DNA of 64,000 bases from Heptranchias perlo (GCF_035084215.1 NC_090353.1:18166001-18230000), one strand, 5' to 3'; shown: positions 48,503 to 60,520, counted from the first letter of the stretch. Made by a program: numbers and translations. Notes: a model not told the origin generated them from the letters alone.

Positions 48503-51500
48503 TGAACAGACAGACGATACAGGATTAGACGAAGAAACACCGTGAGCACCACTTGTGGGAAGGCGGTGCTATTTATCAGATGCCTAGATTCATATCCACA
48601 GTGCAGACCCAGTAAAAGCAACCCCTCTTAAACATCACTCCTCTGTCTTGCGTAATTTTTTTTTAACCTCAGTTGTGTGCTCCTGCTTTCCCAAAGACAC
48701 TGGGATATGATTACACAGGCACCAGTACCTCTCCCATATGGTCATTCTTTGTGAGCCTGTATCACTGCTGAATCGAATTGTGTCCCCACCTTTCCTCCAG
48801 GATTTACTAGACAGTGTTCAGGAGCAGTAGCCCCTGGCTAATTTCTCACCTCCCTAGTAAGGGTACGGGGTTCAATTACTAAATGTATCCGACTCAGCGC
48901 AGACTAGGTATTGAGCTTGGGACCCAATTGCAAATTACAGGAATGGGGTAATCTGCAAACTCAGAGAGGGAGGCCCGTGCCTGTAAGGGCGTCTCAGCAG
49001 CGACCATCCAGAGCCACCATCAGCAAAGTTGGAGTGATGCCATGCCGCTCTGACAGAGGACAGGAGGCCAGGAAGGACCCATCGTAAATGTAAGTTAGTT
49101 AAACCTTCAGGTCTACAGGTAGATTTCAGGGCACTTTCAGGAGGTAATTGATCCCCTCTGGGATCTACTAATGGCTGCACAAGTTCTGGGGTCTTTCCTG
49201 GGACTTCAGTGGGGTTCATGCCAGCTCTCAGCTAGTAACTGGTTTCCCTGAGGCCTGTCGACTGCGTATTGGACAGAATTTCCAGAAACTCCCCAGAGAT
49301 GTCCCCTTGATGTAGGTGGGGAGAGAGCAGGTATAAGATTGACCCTCTTCCCCCACCGCCCCACCTTGGAAAATCGCTTAAGAGTGTGTATGGGCAGATT
49401 CCCAACGGAACCAGATTTTGACTCATTTTCTGGTCCCACGAACGGTGACTTGCTGCACTTCTGCCCAGGGCCCAGTCGGAATTTCAGGCCCTTCATCTTT
49501 ATGCACCAATACTTTGACCCTGTGTGTAGACACTGGGAACCAATTGATTATTAAACTGGGCTGAACCTATTGCATTGGATTGGTCCCATTTCAGCAGAGA
49601 GACATTGTACGAATCAATCTGAGGAAAGATAACAGGCAGCCCAGGAGTGCTCCCAAAGGCTGCTATACTGTTGATTGAGCTGCATTAGCTCTGCATTCAA
49701 TATGCTAACATTCGTTCAGTATGGATACACTGTACCAGATGTAAAATAATTCCTGTTGCGTAAACTAAATAAATGTTACTTTAATAGATGAATACTTTGT
49801 TATTCTGCTTGTCACACTGCAGAACCTTTCAGACAGGGTGTTACACAGATACTTGTGATCGATTATTCACGGTTTCAGGTAAATAATGCTTATCCAAAGT
49901 CATTTATAATAAAAGGAATTGCTCAATGAAATATTAATTAAAGGATATAAAAGGATATAACTAATTGAGCGAAGAGATGAAGCCTCACCGATTGCTCCTG
50001 CCGTTGGCCAAATTGGTGTTGGATGCTGACAACTAGCACACAGCAGGATGGTCCTTTAAATCTGTCCGCAAACAGCAAGCTGATGAGATGGTCCTGAAGT
50101 GTCTCTGTTACGCAACACTTAAACAATGAGGTAATTCAAATGAACACATTCAAAGCACTGTGACAACTGTGCTCTATTTACAGCATTTATATCTACCAAT
50201 GTAATCTTTTAGAATGAAGCTTTTCTGTTGATTTTATATGGAAGTGGAGAGTGCCCTCAGGACAGGGTTCCCATTGTCTTTCATTGAACTCTCTTCTGAT
50301 CCATCCCTTGTGATATGACTTGGCAGATTATACCCCATATCTTTTTTTGTAATTTCTGGTTCTTCTTTTGTGCTCAAGTTGAGGAACATCACTGTTAACT
50401 TTTGTCACCCATTGTCAGCAGTGAGCACCCCCAGGTCAGGTACAACACAGGCTGATAAGCACCTGGGGGAAGACATTCTTTGTACACTAGGTGTAGCAAA
50501 ATTGTAAACCCATTTACAAAGGATGCATTTACGATATAGCTGTACCTAGTGGAAATTTCCTACATTATAACAGTGACTACACTTAAAAAGTACATTGGCT
50601 GCAAAGCGCTTTGGGATGTCCTGAGGTCGTGAGAGGTGCTATATAAATGCAAGTTCTTTCTTTCTTTCCACCAATGCCTTAACCTCAACCTCAGAAGAGC
50701 TCCCTCTACTGTATTTCTCACACCCTAATGACATCTCTGAAGGAGATTACCAATTTTTGAGCCAAATTGTAGGCAGCATTTTATGGGTAGGTGTGCACTA
50801 GGAATTGGAGTGGGACTGCTCCATACATAGTCCCCACGGGAATCGTACACCTGACAGAGAGTAGAGACTTCCTCTGTCCTTTCACTACTGGGTATCAGTA
50901 GTGAAAGGGCAGTGTCCTAACTTGTCACCTAGTCTCTGAAGTAAAATAATTAACTGACGAGAGAAGTGCTTAAAGGTTCTGTTCCCAGAAAAAGGTGCAT
51001 TAAATGCTCTCTATCGCCAAGAAATGTTCGGCGTATATTGTGGCTCATGATAATGAGGCAGTAATAAGAGCTCCTGATGTCACACTAATTTGGTTAAACC
51101 ATATGAAGAGACAGAGCATTCAGTCAAAACTCTTCTCACCAATGATTGAACCTGGGATCTGTATGGATTAGTAGCAAATTTACTTACTGGTTCCCTTTTG
51201 TGAAGTTGTGCCAACAGTGTAGAGCTTTGCGGGAAGCAAATGGGTACCAGAAATCAGGCCTAGGCTGTGGCCACAGAGGTGCTCATTTTCTGACTTTATG
51301 GGGGCAAAATTGAGACTGCACTACTAGTATGAATACTTAAATACAGCCCCTCACCGGGATTCCCAACCGTGGGTAACAGAATGCTCAATACTCCCCCAGT
51401 TGAAACAGGTACATTAGGGATCCTGGGGCCTGGCCTGCTGAATTTTTGTCACATATATTGGTTGTTTTTGCTGGGAATTCTGCCATTTTTGCACTTCTAG

Positions 51501-51884
51501 GGTTTTTTGATAACATTGCTTTGGTTCACTATTCTTGTTTGCTACTAGCCTTCAAAAGACACTGTACGAAGTGGTAAGATGAGCATTCCAAATCAAGTCC
51601 TGAAATTACTGAATAAAGGAACCCCAGAAACACAACTGCAGTCTCTTTCAAAACAAATGAGCTGTGATAAGAGGAGATTTTGTACATGAGATCACGTTGG
51701 CATGGCAGCAAACTTTTAAAGGAGCAAGTGACCCATTGCAGGGGTGTCCAGGCTTTAATCTTTGTGGGCTGGTCTCTCTGTACTTTTATATATAAAGTTC
51801 AAACCCAATTAAATCCCCATTAATTTTCATATATGGGTATTTGACACTAGCAGATCTCCGTGTTCAGATTTAGGATTTAACAAG

Positions 51885-52547
51885 CAGAAATCATTAAAAG
51901 CTAGTGCGCAGGTACAAAAAAAGGCAAATGGAATGTTGGCCTTTATTTCAAAGGGGTTGTAATACAAAGGGGAGGAAGTTATGCTTCAGTTATTTAGACG
52001 CTTGGTCAGACCCCATCTGAAGCATTGCATTTAGTTTTGGGTACCGCACCTCAGGAAGAATATTGGCCTTATAGGGGAAAAGAGTGCAGATTCACCATAA
52101 TGATACCAGGGCTCAAAGGGTTAAGTTATGAGGACAGGTTTTATAAACTTGGTTTGTATTCCCTTGAGTTTAGAAGGTTGAGGGTTGGTTTAATTGAGGT
52201 GTTTAAAATGATAAAAAGATTCGATACGATTTTTACGGAGAAGCTTTTTCCACTGTAGGGGAATCCAGAATAAGGAGACACAATCTTAAAATCAGAGCTC
52301 GGCCATTCAGGAGTGAAATCAAGAAGCACTTTTTCACACAAAGATTAGTGGAAATCTGGAACCCTCTCCCCCTGGATGCTGGGTCAATTGAAATTTTCAA
52401 GACTGAGATCGACAGATTTTTATTAGGTAATGGTATCAAAGCATATGGAGCACAGGTGTATAAATGGAGTTGAGGTATAGATCAGCTATGATCTAATTGA
52501 ATGGCAAATAGGCTTGAGGGGTTAAATGGTCTATTTCTGTTCCTATA
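51885..52547 (+). mobile_element. CR1 LINE 3' fragment
   Basis: Encodes MIPGLKGLSYEDR..KLGLYSLEFRRLR..LIEVFKMIK. Confidence 0.85.
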
Positions 52548-53724
52548 ACCAATGAGGCAGCAGTGCAAAGAATAGCCCTTTCCAAATCTCCAGGCCCACA
52601 AAATTCAAAGAGAACAAATGAGTGAGTAAGAAATACAAGGACAATTGAGCTGTCTGATCTTCAAGGGTCGGCTTGCCAGAGCTCAGGGACCGAGATGGCC
52701 CAGAACACGGCTCCAGTTCTTGTCACATTGGATGTACTTTTCTCAAGATATTTCCAACGTTGTTGTTTCCCATAGGGTGTGGGATCTGGTGAGATATAGA
52801 CATTTTTTCAAGCCTGTTTCATTCACGTTCCTTCAGACTTACAGCCCTAATTTCCCAGACCAACCCCTTTCTACTTCAAGTAAATTTTTACCTTCTTAGA
52901 ATTTTATTAGGTTCTTTTCTGCTCCTGGAGCCATGTTACCTCTCCCTCTAACCACAGATATGTTTGAAGAAGAACTTCGAACTCTTGCAGATGAAGACTT
53001 CGCAACTGTAAAACCGAACACTACTTTTTAAAAAAAAGTAGCAAGAACTTAAAAGCAGTAATATTTACTGCCGAACTTAGTTCATTGAAACTGTTCTGCT
53101 ACTCAGCAGAAGTGTTTTACATTAATTTGCGGTGTTGATCATTTTGCATGATTATCCTGTTGTCATTTTTTAAAGTTATTTGTTGGCTTTTGTATTGCTG
53201 GGATTAGTATAATGTCTTATAGCACACTAAACCTCACAACAGCAGCTAATACCGCTGCCAGAATTGCAAATAACAAGTTAATTAGAAAATTTACATAGTT
53301 AATATATGGTAATAAATGGTTGTCATTTCAGAAGCCAGGAAAGAGAAAGTGAAAAGAATTTGGATAAAATGTATTAAAATGCTCAATTTCTATGGTCAAT
53401 AAGATTTAACATTAATCTGTTTTTGTGAACTTTGTCCAGGATTGGGGATGAATCCCTTAAGAAATTAGTCCTTTGCTCAAACATTCTTCCAATAGGTAAT
53501 GTACCTAGTGTCACTACATCATATCATTGTATGTGAAACGTAACTGAAACGTGTTACAAGGAGTGCCCTACAGATTCCGACATGCTTTGCCCATTGTGTT
53601 TCTGTAGGGCCACCTGAAGAGCAGCTGCTTGCAGGCCTGGAGGTAGAGGGCCCATTCCCCTAGTACTACACTGCATCCACCTGCAATAAGCATCAGCCCA
53701 GGAATATCTACTACAGAAGGCATA

Positions 53725-54315
53725 CCCAGTCTTTCTCTCCCATCCAGTCTCTGTCTACCTGAACATTTTATCTCTCTCTCTCTCTTCCTCCCTCACCCAA
53801 ACCCTCTCTATAACTTGTGAGAGACTGGATTAGAGAGATAGAAGAACTGGATCAGAGAGAGAGCCTGGGTCAAAGAAATAGCGACTGGATCAGATAAAGA
53901 CTGAAATAGAGTGAGAGACTGGATTAGAATGAGGGATAGAGAGACTGGGTCAGAGAGAGACTGGGTCAGAGAGAGACTAAAACAAAGAGAGAGGGACATT
54001 GGATCAGAGACCAGGTCAGAGAGAGACAGACTGACTGGGTCAGAAGGAGATGGTTTGAGAGAGAAACTGGGTCAGAGACAGGTGGTTAAAGAGAGAGATT
54101 AACTCTAATCCAGTCTCTCTCTCTCTAATCCAATCTTTCTCTGGCCCAGTCTCTCTATTTCTCTGACAGTCTCTCTCTCTCTGTGGTCCAGTCTCTCTCT
54201 CTCTCTGACATAGTCTCTCTATTTCTCTGACAGTCTCTCTTTCTATCTCTGTGGTCCAGTCTCTCTATCTCTCTGACCCAGGATCTCTTTCTCTCTCTGA
54301 CACAGCCCCTCTCTC
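53725..54315. repeat. GA-rich and CT-rich repeat blocks in inverted orientation upstream of admp
   Basis: gagagactgg units (53819-54098) are followed by complementary ccagtctctct units (54103-54310). Confidence 0.8.
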
Positions 54316-54664
54316 GGGGATGCCAGCTCCCTCTGTTTGTACAGTTAATGGTTCCATTAGTGGAAATTATTCACTCAAGGGCTCAGCAAGTGGCCCCGAC
54401 TGTGCGAGTACAATCGGGAGGGAGGGAAGCGGTGGGGGGTCTCCACGTGGGGCTGGGGATCAGTCGATGCTTGTGTATTAGAGTGAGGAGCGCGGTCCTT
54501 CCTGGGCTTGGGGTCACACCTCGTTAGCAGGAGGGTCCGAGCCCCTCACACCCACTAATTGGCCGCTAGCATACTCTGCTCTGATGGGCTGCACTGGGCG
54601 GATATATTACGGCTCCCACCGTGACCGCGATCCCACTGCCCGTCCCCGCCTGTGAGTGAGTGCC

Positions 54665-54944
54665 ATGTGCCCCGGTGCCGGTGCTTCGCTGCTCCTCTTG
54701 CTCGTGTCCCTGGGGCCGAGTTGCGCCGCCAACCTGTCCGGGCACAGCCAGCAGGTGCGGTCCGAGGCACTTAAGAAGCTGCTGGAGGTGTTCGGGATGG
54801 AAGACGCCCCGCAGTCCCCTCACCCGGTCCGCCAGCCCCCGCAGTACATGCTGGACCTCTACAATACGGTGGCAGACGTGGACGGAGTGACCAAGGAGCC
54901 TGACCTGCTGGTGGGAAACACGGTGCGCAGCTTCCTGGATAGAA
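54665..54944 (+). CDS. admp: admp exon 1
   Basis: Encodes MCPGAGASLLLLLVSLG...GNTVRSFLDR; donor A|GTGAG. Confidence 0.9.
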
Positions 54945-57900
54945 GTGAGAGCCTGTCCCGTGTAGTGTTGAGTATTGGAGATTGTTACTCGCAGTTCCCC
55001 CGCCCCCTTCAGCCCCAATCACCTTTGCATCTTTTGTCCTTCTCAGCCCGCAGCCAGCAGTTCCAGTTCTTCTTCAACCTGTCCAGCGTGGCCAAGAGCG
55101 AGAAGATCTTGGCCGCCGAACTACACCTCTTCAAACTGCGAACCCGACTCTCACAAGACACCCTGTACCACAGGCACCACTTCTGCCAGGTAAGAGAGCA
55201 GGGGCAGGGCCAAGTCTGACAGCTCAGTGCATCCATCCACTCATTAATGCAGATAATCCGGAGCAAAACAGGTACTTCAAATCTGCACAGACACAGGGTG
55301 TGTGTGAGAGATAAGCTCAGGGGGAAGAGAGACTCTGAGACTCTTTGCGGTTCAAGAAGGCGGCTCACCACCACCTTCTCAAGGGCAATTAGGGGTGGGC
55401 AATAAATGCTGGCCTCGCCAGCGACGCCCACGTCCCATGAACGAATAAAAAAAACAGAGAAAGAAATTCAGAGAAATAGAGAAAAAACAGATAGAAAGAA
55501 ACTCGGGAAGTGTGAGACAGCCAGACAGAAATAAATTCAGAGTGAAACAGACAGAAAGTGAGCGAGGCAGAAAGAAATTCAGAGAGAAATAGAGACAGAG
55601 AAAACTCAGAGAGGAACCAAGAGATAAATTGAGAGAAGGGGCTATTCTTTGGTTGTGTGGTTTCACACATCCTCCTGACATGGGTGGAATTTCCTGTGTA
55701 TTTGCACCCGGAGACAGGGCATAAAGCAAATACCCGGGCGCAAGTGTTACACACTAGGGCCGAATTGCCTCGCCCCTTTACGCCGGTCCCAAACACATCA
55801 CGGCTCATTATAATGGCTTCCCTAAGTTAGAGCGCCGTAAACACGAATTTCCTGCAATTACACTGGTTCAAAACGGGTGTAAAATTAAGCCCAGAATTTT
55901 AGGTGCAACAGGAAACAATGTCAATTTTCTGGTGTCTTATTGCAATTTTTAAAAACTTATCCTCAGAGACCTGCACTGTATTTACAGAGACCTGCATTGT
56001 ATTTACAGTTTCTTAGAATGCATTTTTATGGCATCAGAATGGGGGTAATTTTGATTTTGTGAGATAGTGTAAAATGGGTGATAGCTAATCGGCAGCCCAC
56101 TTTACATCTCTCTCGATTTTTATTTCCTTTGAAGTCAGTGGAAATAAAAATTGAGAGATGTAAATCGGGCTGCCAATTAGCTATCACCCATTTTACACTA
56201 TCGCACAAAGTCAAAATTACCCCCAAAGAGTCACATGCATGTTCTTAAACATGCTGTGCCCAATGTGCATGAATGATAGATGGTTTGAAACTTTAATTTT
56301 CAAACTTAAAGGAACATATGGTGAGTTTGGCGCTTTCCTCGGGCCCCAATTGGTTTCCGCCGTTTTTACGTTCCGATGTATACTAATGAAATTGGCAGGA
56401 AATTTGGGTGTAAATAGATATCGGCAAAATGAGCACAGGAATGGGTAATTTCAGGAGTCACTTCCCGATTATGCCCCCACAGGAAATTCCACCTCATGGT
56501 GTTTGTGTAAGAGGCCAGAAACAAGAACCAAGTTTTGAAGAATCTCTCTTAGTTCGGTCTCAGTGTGTATGAATCCTTCTGACTGTGCAGTTTTCATCAG
56601 TCGATTGTACCTAATGGCTTGGGATGGTTGCTCATGCAAGTATACTGGGGATAGGTGGGAGGGAAGTAATCTGCTGCCACCTCAGTAGGATGCACTGCTG
56701 AGCCACAGTTCGAAGCAAGCCATAAGAGCCTCAGGTCTGGGGAAATCACTAGAGGACGAACCAGGAGGCAGTGCATTCATTCCATTTTGATTGTTTTCTG
56801 GCTTTGTTTATAATATATTACAACTTCTCTGAGCTGTATACTCTGTTTTAGGTCAGTGTCTACCAAATACTGGACAACAATAACACGTCTACAGCAGAGG
56901 GGAAAAGATTGCTGTCATCCAGAGTACTCCCAGTCCATGACAGCACATGGGAGGTCTTCACAATCACTCGTGTTGTAAGTTATATTGCAATTATCCAGTA
57001 ATACCTTCAGGAATAACTTTTCTCATCCCTGTCATACCTGCATGAGTAATCACCGCCCCCCCCTCAATATAGTGCTGGTCTCTGTTGTATCATTATCTAT
57101 GGCAGCACCCACATAAGCCACTGTTACATCTGTAGGAGTAACTGCACTGACCCTTGTTAAACCTGCAAGAGTAATCACACTGACTGTGTTGTATCTGTGG
57201 GAGTAACCACACCAATCATTGCTATACCTGCAGGAGTAACCACACCAATCATTGCTATACCTGCAGGAGTAACTGAACCGATCCTTGTTATTCCTGCAGG
57301 AGTAACTACACAGACCCTTCTTATAATTGAGGGAGTAACTACACAGACCCTTGTTATAACTGTGGGTGTAACGATTCACCAATGCAAATGTCACACTGGT
57401 GTAATTAGAGCTGCTCTTCTGAGGCTGGAGTTAAGGCACATTGTTCAGGCAAAGTAGACTGTGGTTTGCTCTGCATCTGCCACCTAGTAAACCTGACCTG
57501 GCAGCGCTTCATGAGGCACAACAGAGGGAGTCTTACTCTGTATGAAACATTTACTGTATTTGACTGATGAAAGATTTGTTTATTTGTGCAGGTATATGCT
57601 TGGACACAGGATAAGGAGTGTAACAAGGGCTTGCTAGTCATTGTGCGAACTCTGGCTGGACATCAGCTCAACAATCACATTGTCCGCTTCGCCACAGGGA
57701 GAGACCATCACAGCAGCAAACAGCCAATGCTGGTCCTCTTCACAGATGACGGGAGGAGAGGGACTGGCACCTCTACTTCCTTAATAGGTAAAGTCCTTAT
57801 GATTGGCACAAAAGTGTAGGATCCATAGAAGCACCTCACCGATTCACTGTGTGTTTAAACACACTTACAAAAAAAGTCATTGGTATTGCGTCTGAACGAG

Positions 57901-60095
57901 TTGGTTTAATCTCAGTCAGGTTCCCTGTTTTGGGGGTGGGGGGGGGGGGTGTCTCCCTCTGGATCCATTTAAAAGATAATCAAAACTGTATTTCCATTGT
58001 TACAATAAAATGATGATTAACTTATAATTCCTGATGGCTCAAAGGGTTCATGCAATGCCTTGAATGCTGCTTAGTCCTATAGGTCGGAAGGTTGTAGGTT
58101 CAATTCACAATCTGTGGTGTTAGCTGATCTGAGCTGGGACACAATTACAGGCACTACAATTGGTCTCAGTGCTGCTAGGCTGAGGGGGAAGAAAATCAGC
58201 CAGTGTCATAAGGACAGGATGACTCATTCAATCTCCTCCACCATTTTGTTAGCAGTAGTAGCTGTTTATCTTTTTAATCCTAATTCCTCTCTCATTTTAC
58301 AAATCATTTAATACCCTTGCATCCCATGTAAGTATCTATTGCCCTTTCAAACACCTAAATTATTTCTGCACCTAACCAATGACTAAAGTGCATGTGTGTG
58401 GGTGCTGGATAATGGTAGGATCAGGTTTGGCTGTGAACACTCATTATTTAGACTCAGGCTCGAAGAAAGGTCAGTTGGGTGAGGGACTGCTGCCATCTGT
58501 GGAACTGTACCCAGCAAGAATGGAAGAGGAATGTGTGTGCGGTTTGAAAGAGTGAATGGTAATAACATGATCAACAACAACAATTTACAATTCTATAGCA
58601 CCTCTAACGGAGTTAAACGTCCCAAGGTGCTTCACAGTAGCATTATCAAACAAAATTTAACACCAAGCCACATAAGGAGATATTAGGACAAGGGACTAAA
58701 AGCTTGGTCAAGAGGTAGGTTTTAAAGGAGCATCTTAAAAGGAGGAGAGGTAGAGAGGTTTAGGGAGGGAATTCCAGATCTTAGGGCCTAGGCAGCTAAA
58801 GGCACCGCCGCCAATGGTGGAGTGTGTAAAATCGGGGACGTGCAAGAAGCCAGAACTGGGAGGAGCGCAAAGATCTCGGAGGGTTGTAGGGCTGGAGGAG
58901 GTTACAGAGATAGGGAGGGGACGAGGCCATGGAGAGATAGGAAAACAAGGATAAGAATTTTAAAATCGAGGCATTGCCGGACCGGCAGCCAATGTAGTTC
59001 AGTGAGCACAGGGGTGAGGGGAGAACGGGACTTGGTGTGCGTTAGGATACGGGCAGCAGAGTTTTGGATGAGCTCAAGTTTATGGAGGTGGAAGATGGGA
59101 GGCCATCCAGCAGAGCATTGGAATAGTCGAGTCCAGCGGTAACAAAAGGCATAGAGATGACAATTTCTTTTTCAGTTCAGGAATTTACTGAGCTGGAGTA
59201 ACATCAGGAGCAGCATATCTTCAAGACACATTCGTGGTGGGCTCCAGGTGTTATTAGCACCCTCTAGAGGCAGCCCACCTCTGGGAGTGGAAAATTCAGT
59301 GCAGTTGCAGCAGCTGTTGAAAAAGTCTGTACCTGTAGCTCATTGCAATGGTTGATGCTTCTTTAAATTTGTGTGCTTGGTGCCATAAAGACTTTTCAGT
59401 TGAGGTATTACTGTAATCTAGCAAAGAAACCAGCTTTTTTAAACTGATTCCAGCCAAGGTCACAATTAGCCCAGTATGGGAATGAGCTCAGGCCTTTTAC
59501 CCCATCCTGTAAAGTTGAATCCTTGCTGACACTCACTGAGCAGACTCACATGAAGAAGGGCCACTTGGATAAGATAGCAGAAGGTGCTGGTGCCTGTGAA
59601 ACCCCAGTGTCTTCAGAAAAGACAAGAGAACGTTTTTGTTTTTAAAATATGAGATGATTTGATCGTTATTAATTATATTCCACACTTTCAGACGTTGCCA
59701 CAGAGACTCCATTTCTCCCTGAAGGGCTGCTCCAGAACAAAGCAAGCCAGAGCCGGAACACAAGGTCCTTGGATTTCCTAGCCTGTCAGAGGTATCCTCT
59801 ATATGTGGACTTTGAAGAGATTGGCTGGTCTGGTTGGATTATCTCCCCACGGGGTTACAACGCCTACCACTGTAAAGGAGCCTGTGTCTTCCCATTGGGC
59901 CAGAACATGAGACCCACCAACCATGCTACTGTCCAGTCCATTATCAACGCTCTTAAGCTAACCAACGGTGTGGCATCTCCGTGCTGCATCCCAGACAAGC
60001 TCTTCTCCATCAATCTTCTCTATTTTGATGATGACGAGAACGTGGTCTTGAAACAGTATGACGACATGGTTGCTGGCAGCTGTGGGTGCCATTAA
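54665..60095 (+). CDS. admp: Anti-dorsalizing morphogenetic protein, BMP/TGF-beta family (5 exons: 54665-54944, 55047-55189, 56852-56974, 57592-57787, 59692-60095; 381 aa)
   Basis: Kozak-like gccATG and a signal peptide. The prodomain has LLEVFGMEDAP...PPQYMLDLYNTVADVDGVTKEP...GNTVRSF, AELHLFK, WEVFTIT and KQPMLVLFTDD. A furin site RNTR|S precedes a mature 7-Cys domain (LYVDFEEIGWSGWIISPRGYNAYHCKG...MRPTNHATVQSI...DDDENVVLKQYDDMVAGSCGCH) characteristic of ADMP. Confidence 0.95.
55047..55189 (+). CDS. admp: admp exon 2
   Basis: ttctcAG acceptor; encodes RSQQFQFFFNLSSVAKSEKILAAELHLFKLR...HHFCQ; donor CAG|GTAAG. Confidence 0.92.
55348..55455 (+). mobile_element. Short 3' tail of the 7217-8601 LINE family
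   Basis: Near-identical to 8497-8601. Confidence 0.8.
56041..56224. mobile_element. Long-palindrome MITE in admp intron 2
   Basis: Inverted arms of about 85 bp: gggggtaattttg...tagtgtaaaatgggtgatagctaat and attagctatcacccattttacacta...caaaattaccccc. Confidence 0.85.
56852..56974 (+). CDS. admp: admp exon 3
   Basis: Encodes VSVYQILDNNNTSTAEGKRLLSSRVLPVHDSTWEVFTITRV; donor GTAAGT. Confidence 0.92.
57025..57410. repeat. Degenerate 33-bp minisatellite GGAGTAACCACACCAATCATTGCTATACCTGCA in admp intron 3
   Basis: 11-aa periodic translation GVTTPIIAIPA. Confidence 0.8.
57592..57787 (+). CDS. admp: admp exon 4
   Basis: Encodes VYAWTQDKECNKGLLV...RFATGRDHHSSKQPMLVLFTDDGRRG...; donor G|GTAAA. Confidence 0.92.
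58572..59150 (-). mobile_element. L2-like LINE 3' fragment
   Basis: The 3' end resembles the Deu-SINE tail (tatagcacct...gtcccaaggtgctt); the body is typical L2-like 3' sequence (gggagggaattccag, agccaatg, gcagcagagttttggatgag). Confidence 0.6.
59692..60095 (+). CDS. admp: admp exon 5 (furin site and mature ligand)
   Basis: ctttcAG acceptor; RNTR|SLDFLAC...; 7-Cys TGF-beta domain; TAA at 60093-60095. Confidence 0.97.
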
Positions 60096-60480
60096 TCCAT
60101 CACGGACATCTTCAATCACGACCCAATTGCACCAGCCAGGAAAGAGTAACTGCCAGAGAACCATAACCATGCCAGTTATGCACTGGCTCTTGAGGTGAGA
60201 AACAGGCATCTTCACAAGACCTGGAAGCAGTGGGATCAGCAGCAGGAGACAGGAAGCTTTTCAAAACCACAATCAGGAAAGTAAGCTGCCTGTCCAAGAA
60301 ACAGACTTTTTAAAAAAAAAACAGACCCTTCACAAAGCAAGGCTTGGTGACTTGACAGCACATACGGTCGGTTGTATAATATGCATATGTGTATATAATT
60401 TTATATATAGATGTATTAATATATGCAGGATCATAAACTATTGCCAGAGTTCATAATATCTAATTAAATGTTTAAAATCT

Positions 60481-60520
60481 AATAAATGTAAATGGATGTA
60501 TTATACAGAATAAATAAATA
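60481..60520 (+). terminator. admp polyadenylation signals
   Basis: AATAAA at 60481 and overlapping copies near 60509-60518, following an AT-rich 3'UTR about 390 nt past the stop. Confidence 0.6.

Larger units (their letters stand above)
54380..55200 (+). promoter_or_regulatory. GC/CpG-rich admp promoter and 5' region
   Basis: CpG density is visibly higher than in the flanks. A TATA-like GATATATTA lies about 60 nt before the ATG, and a FoxH1-type TGTGTATT is at 54472-54479. Confidence 0.5.
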
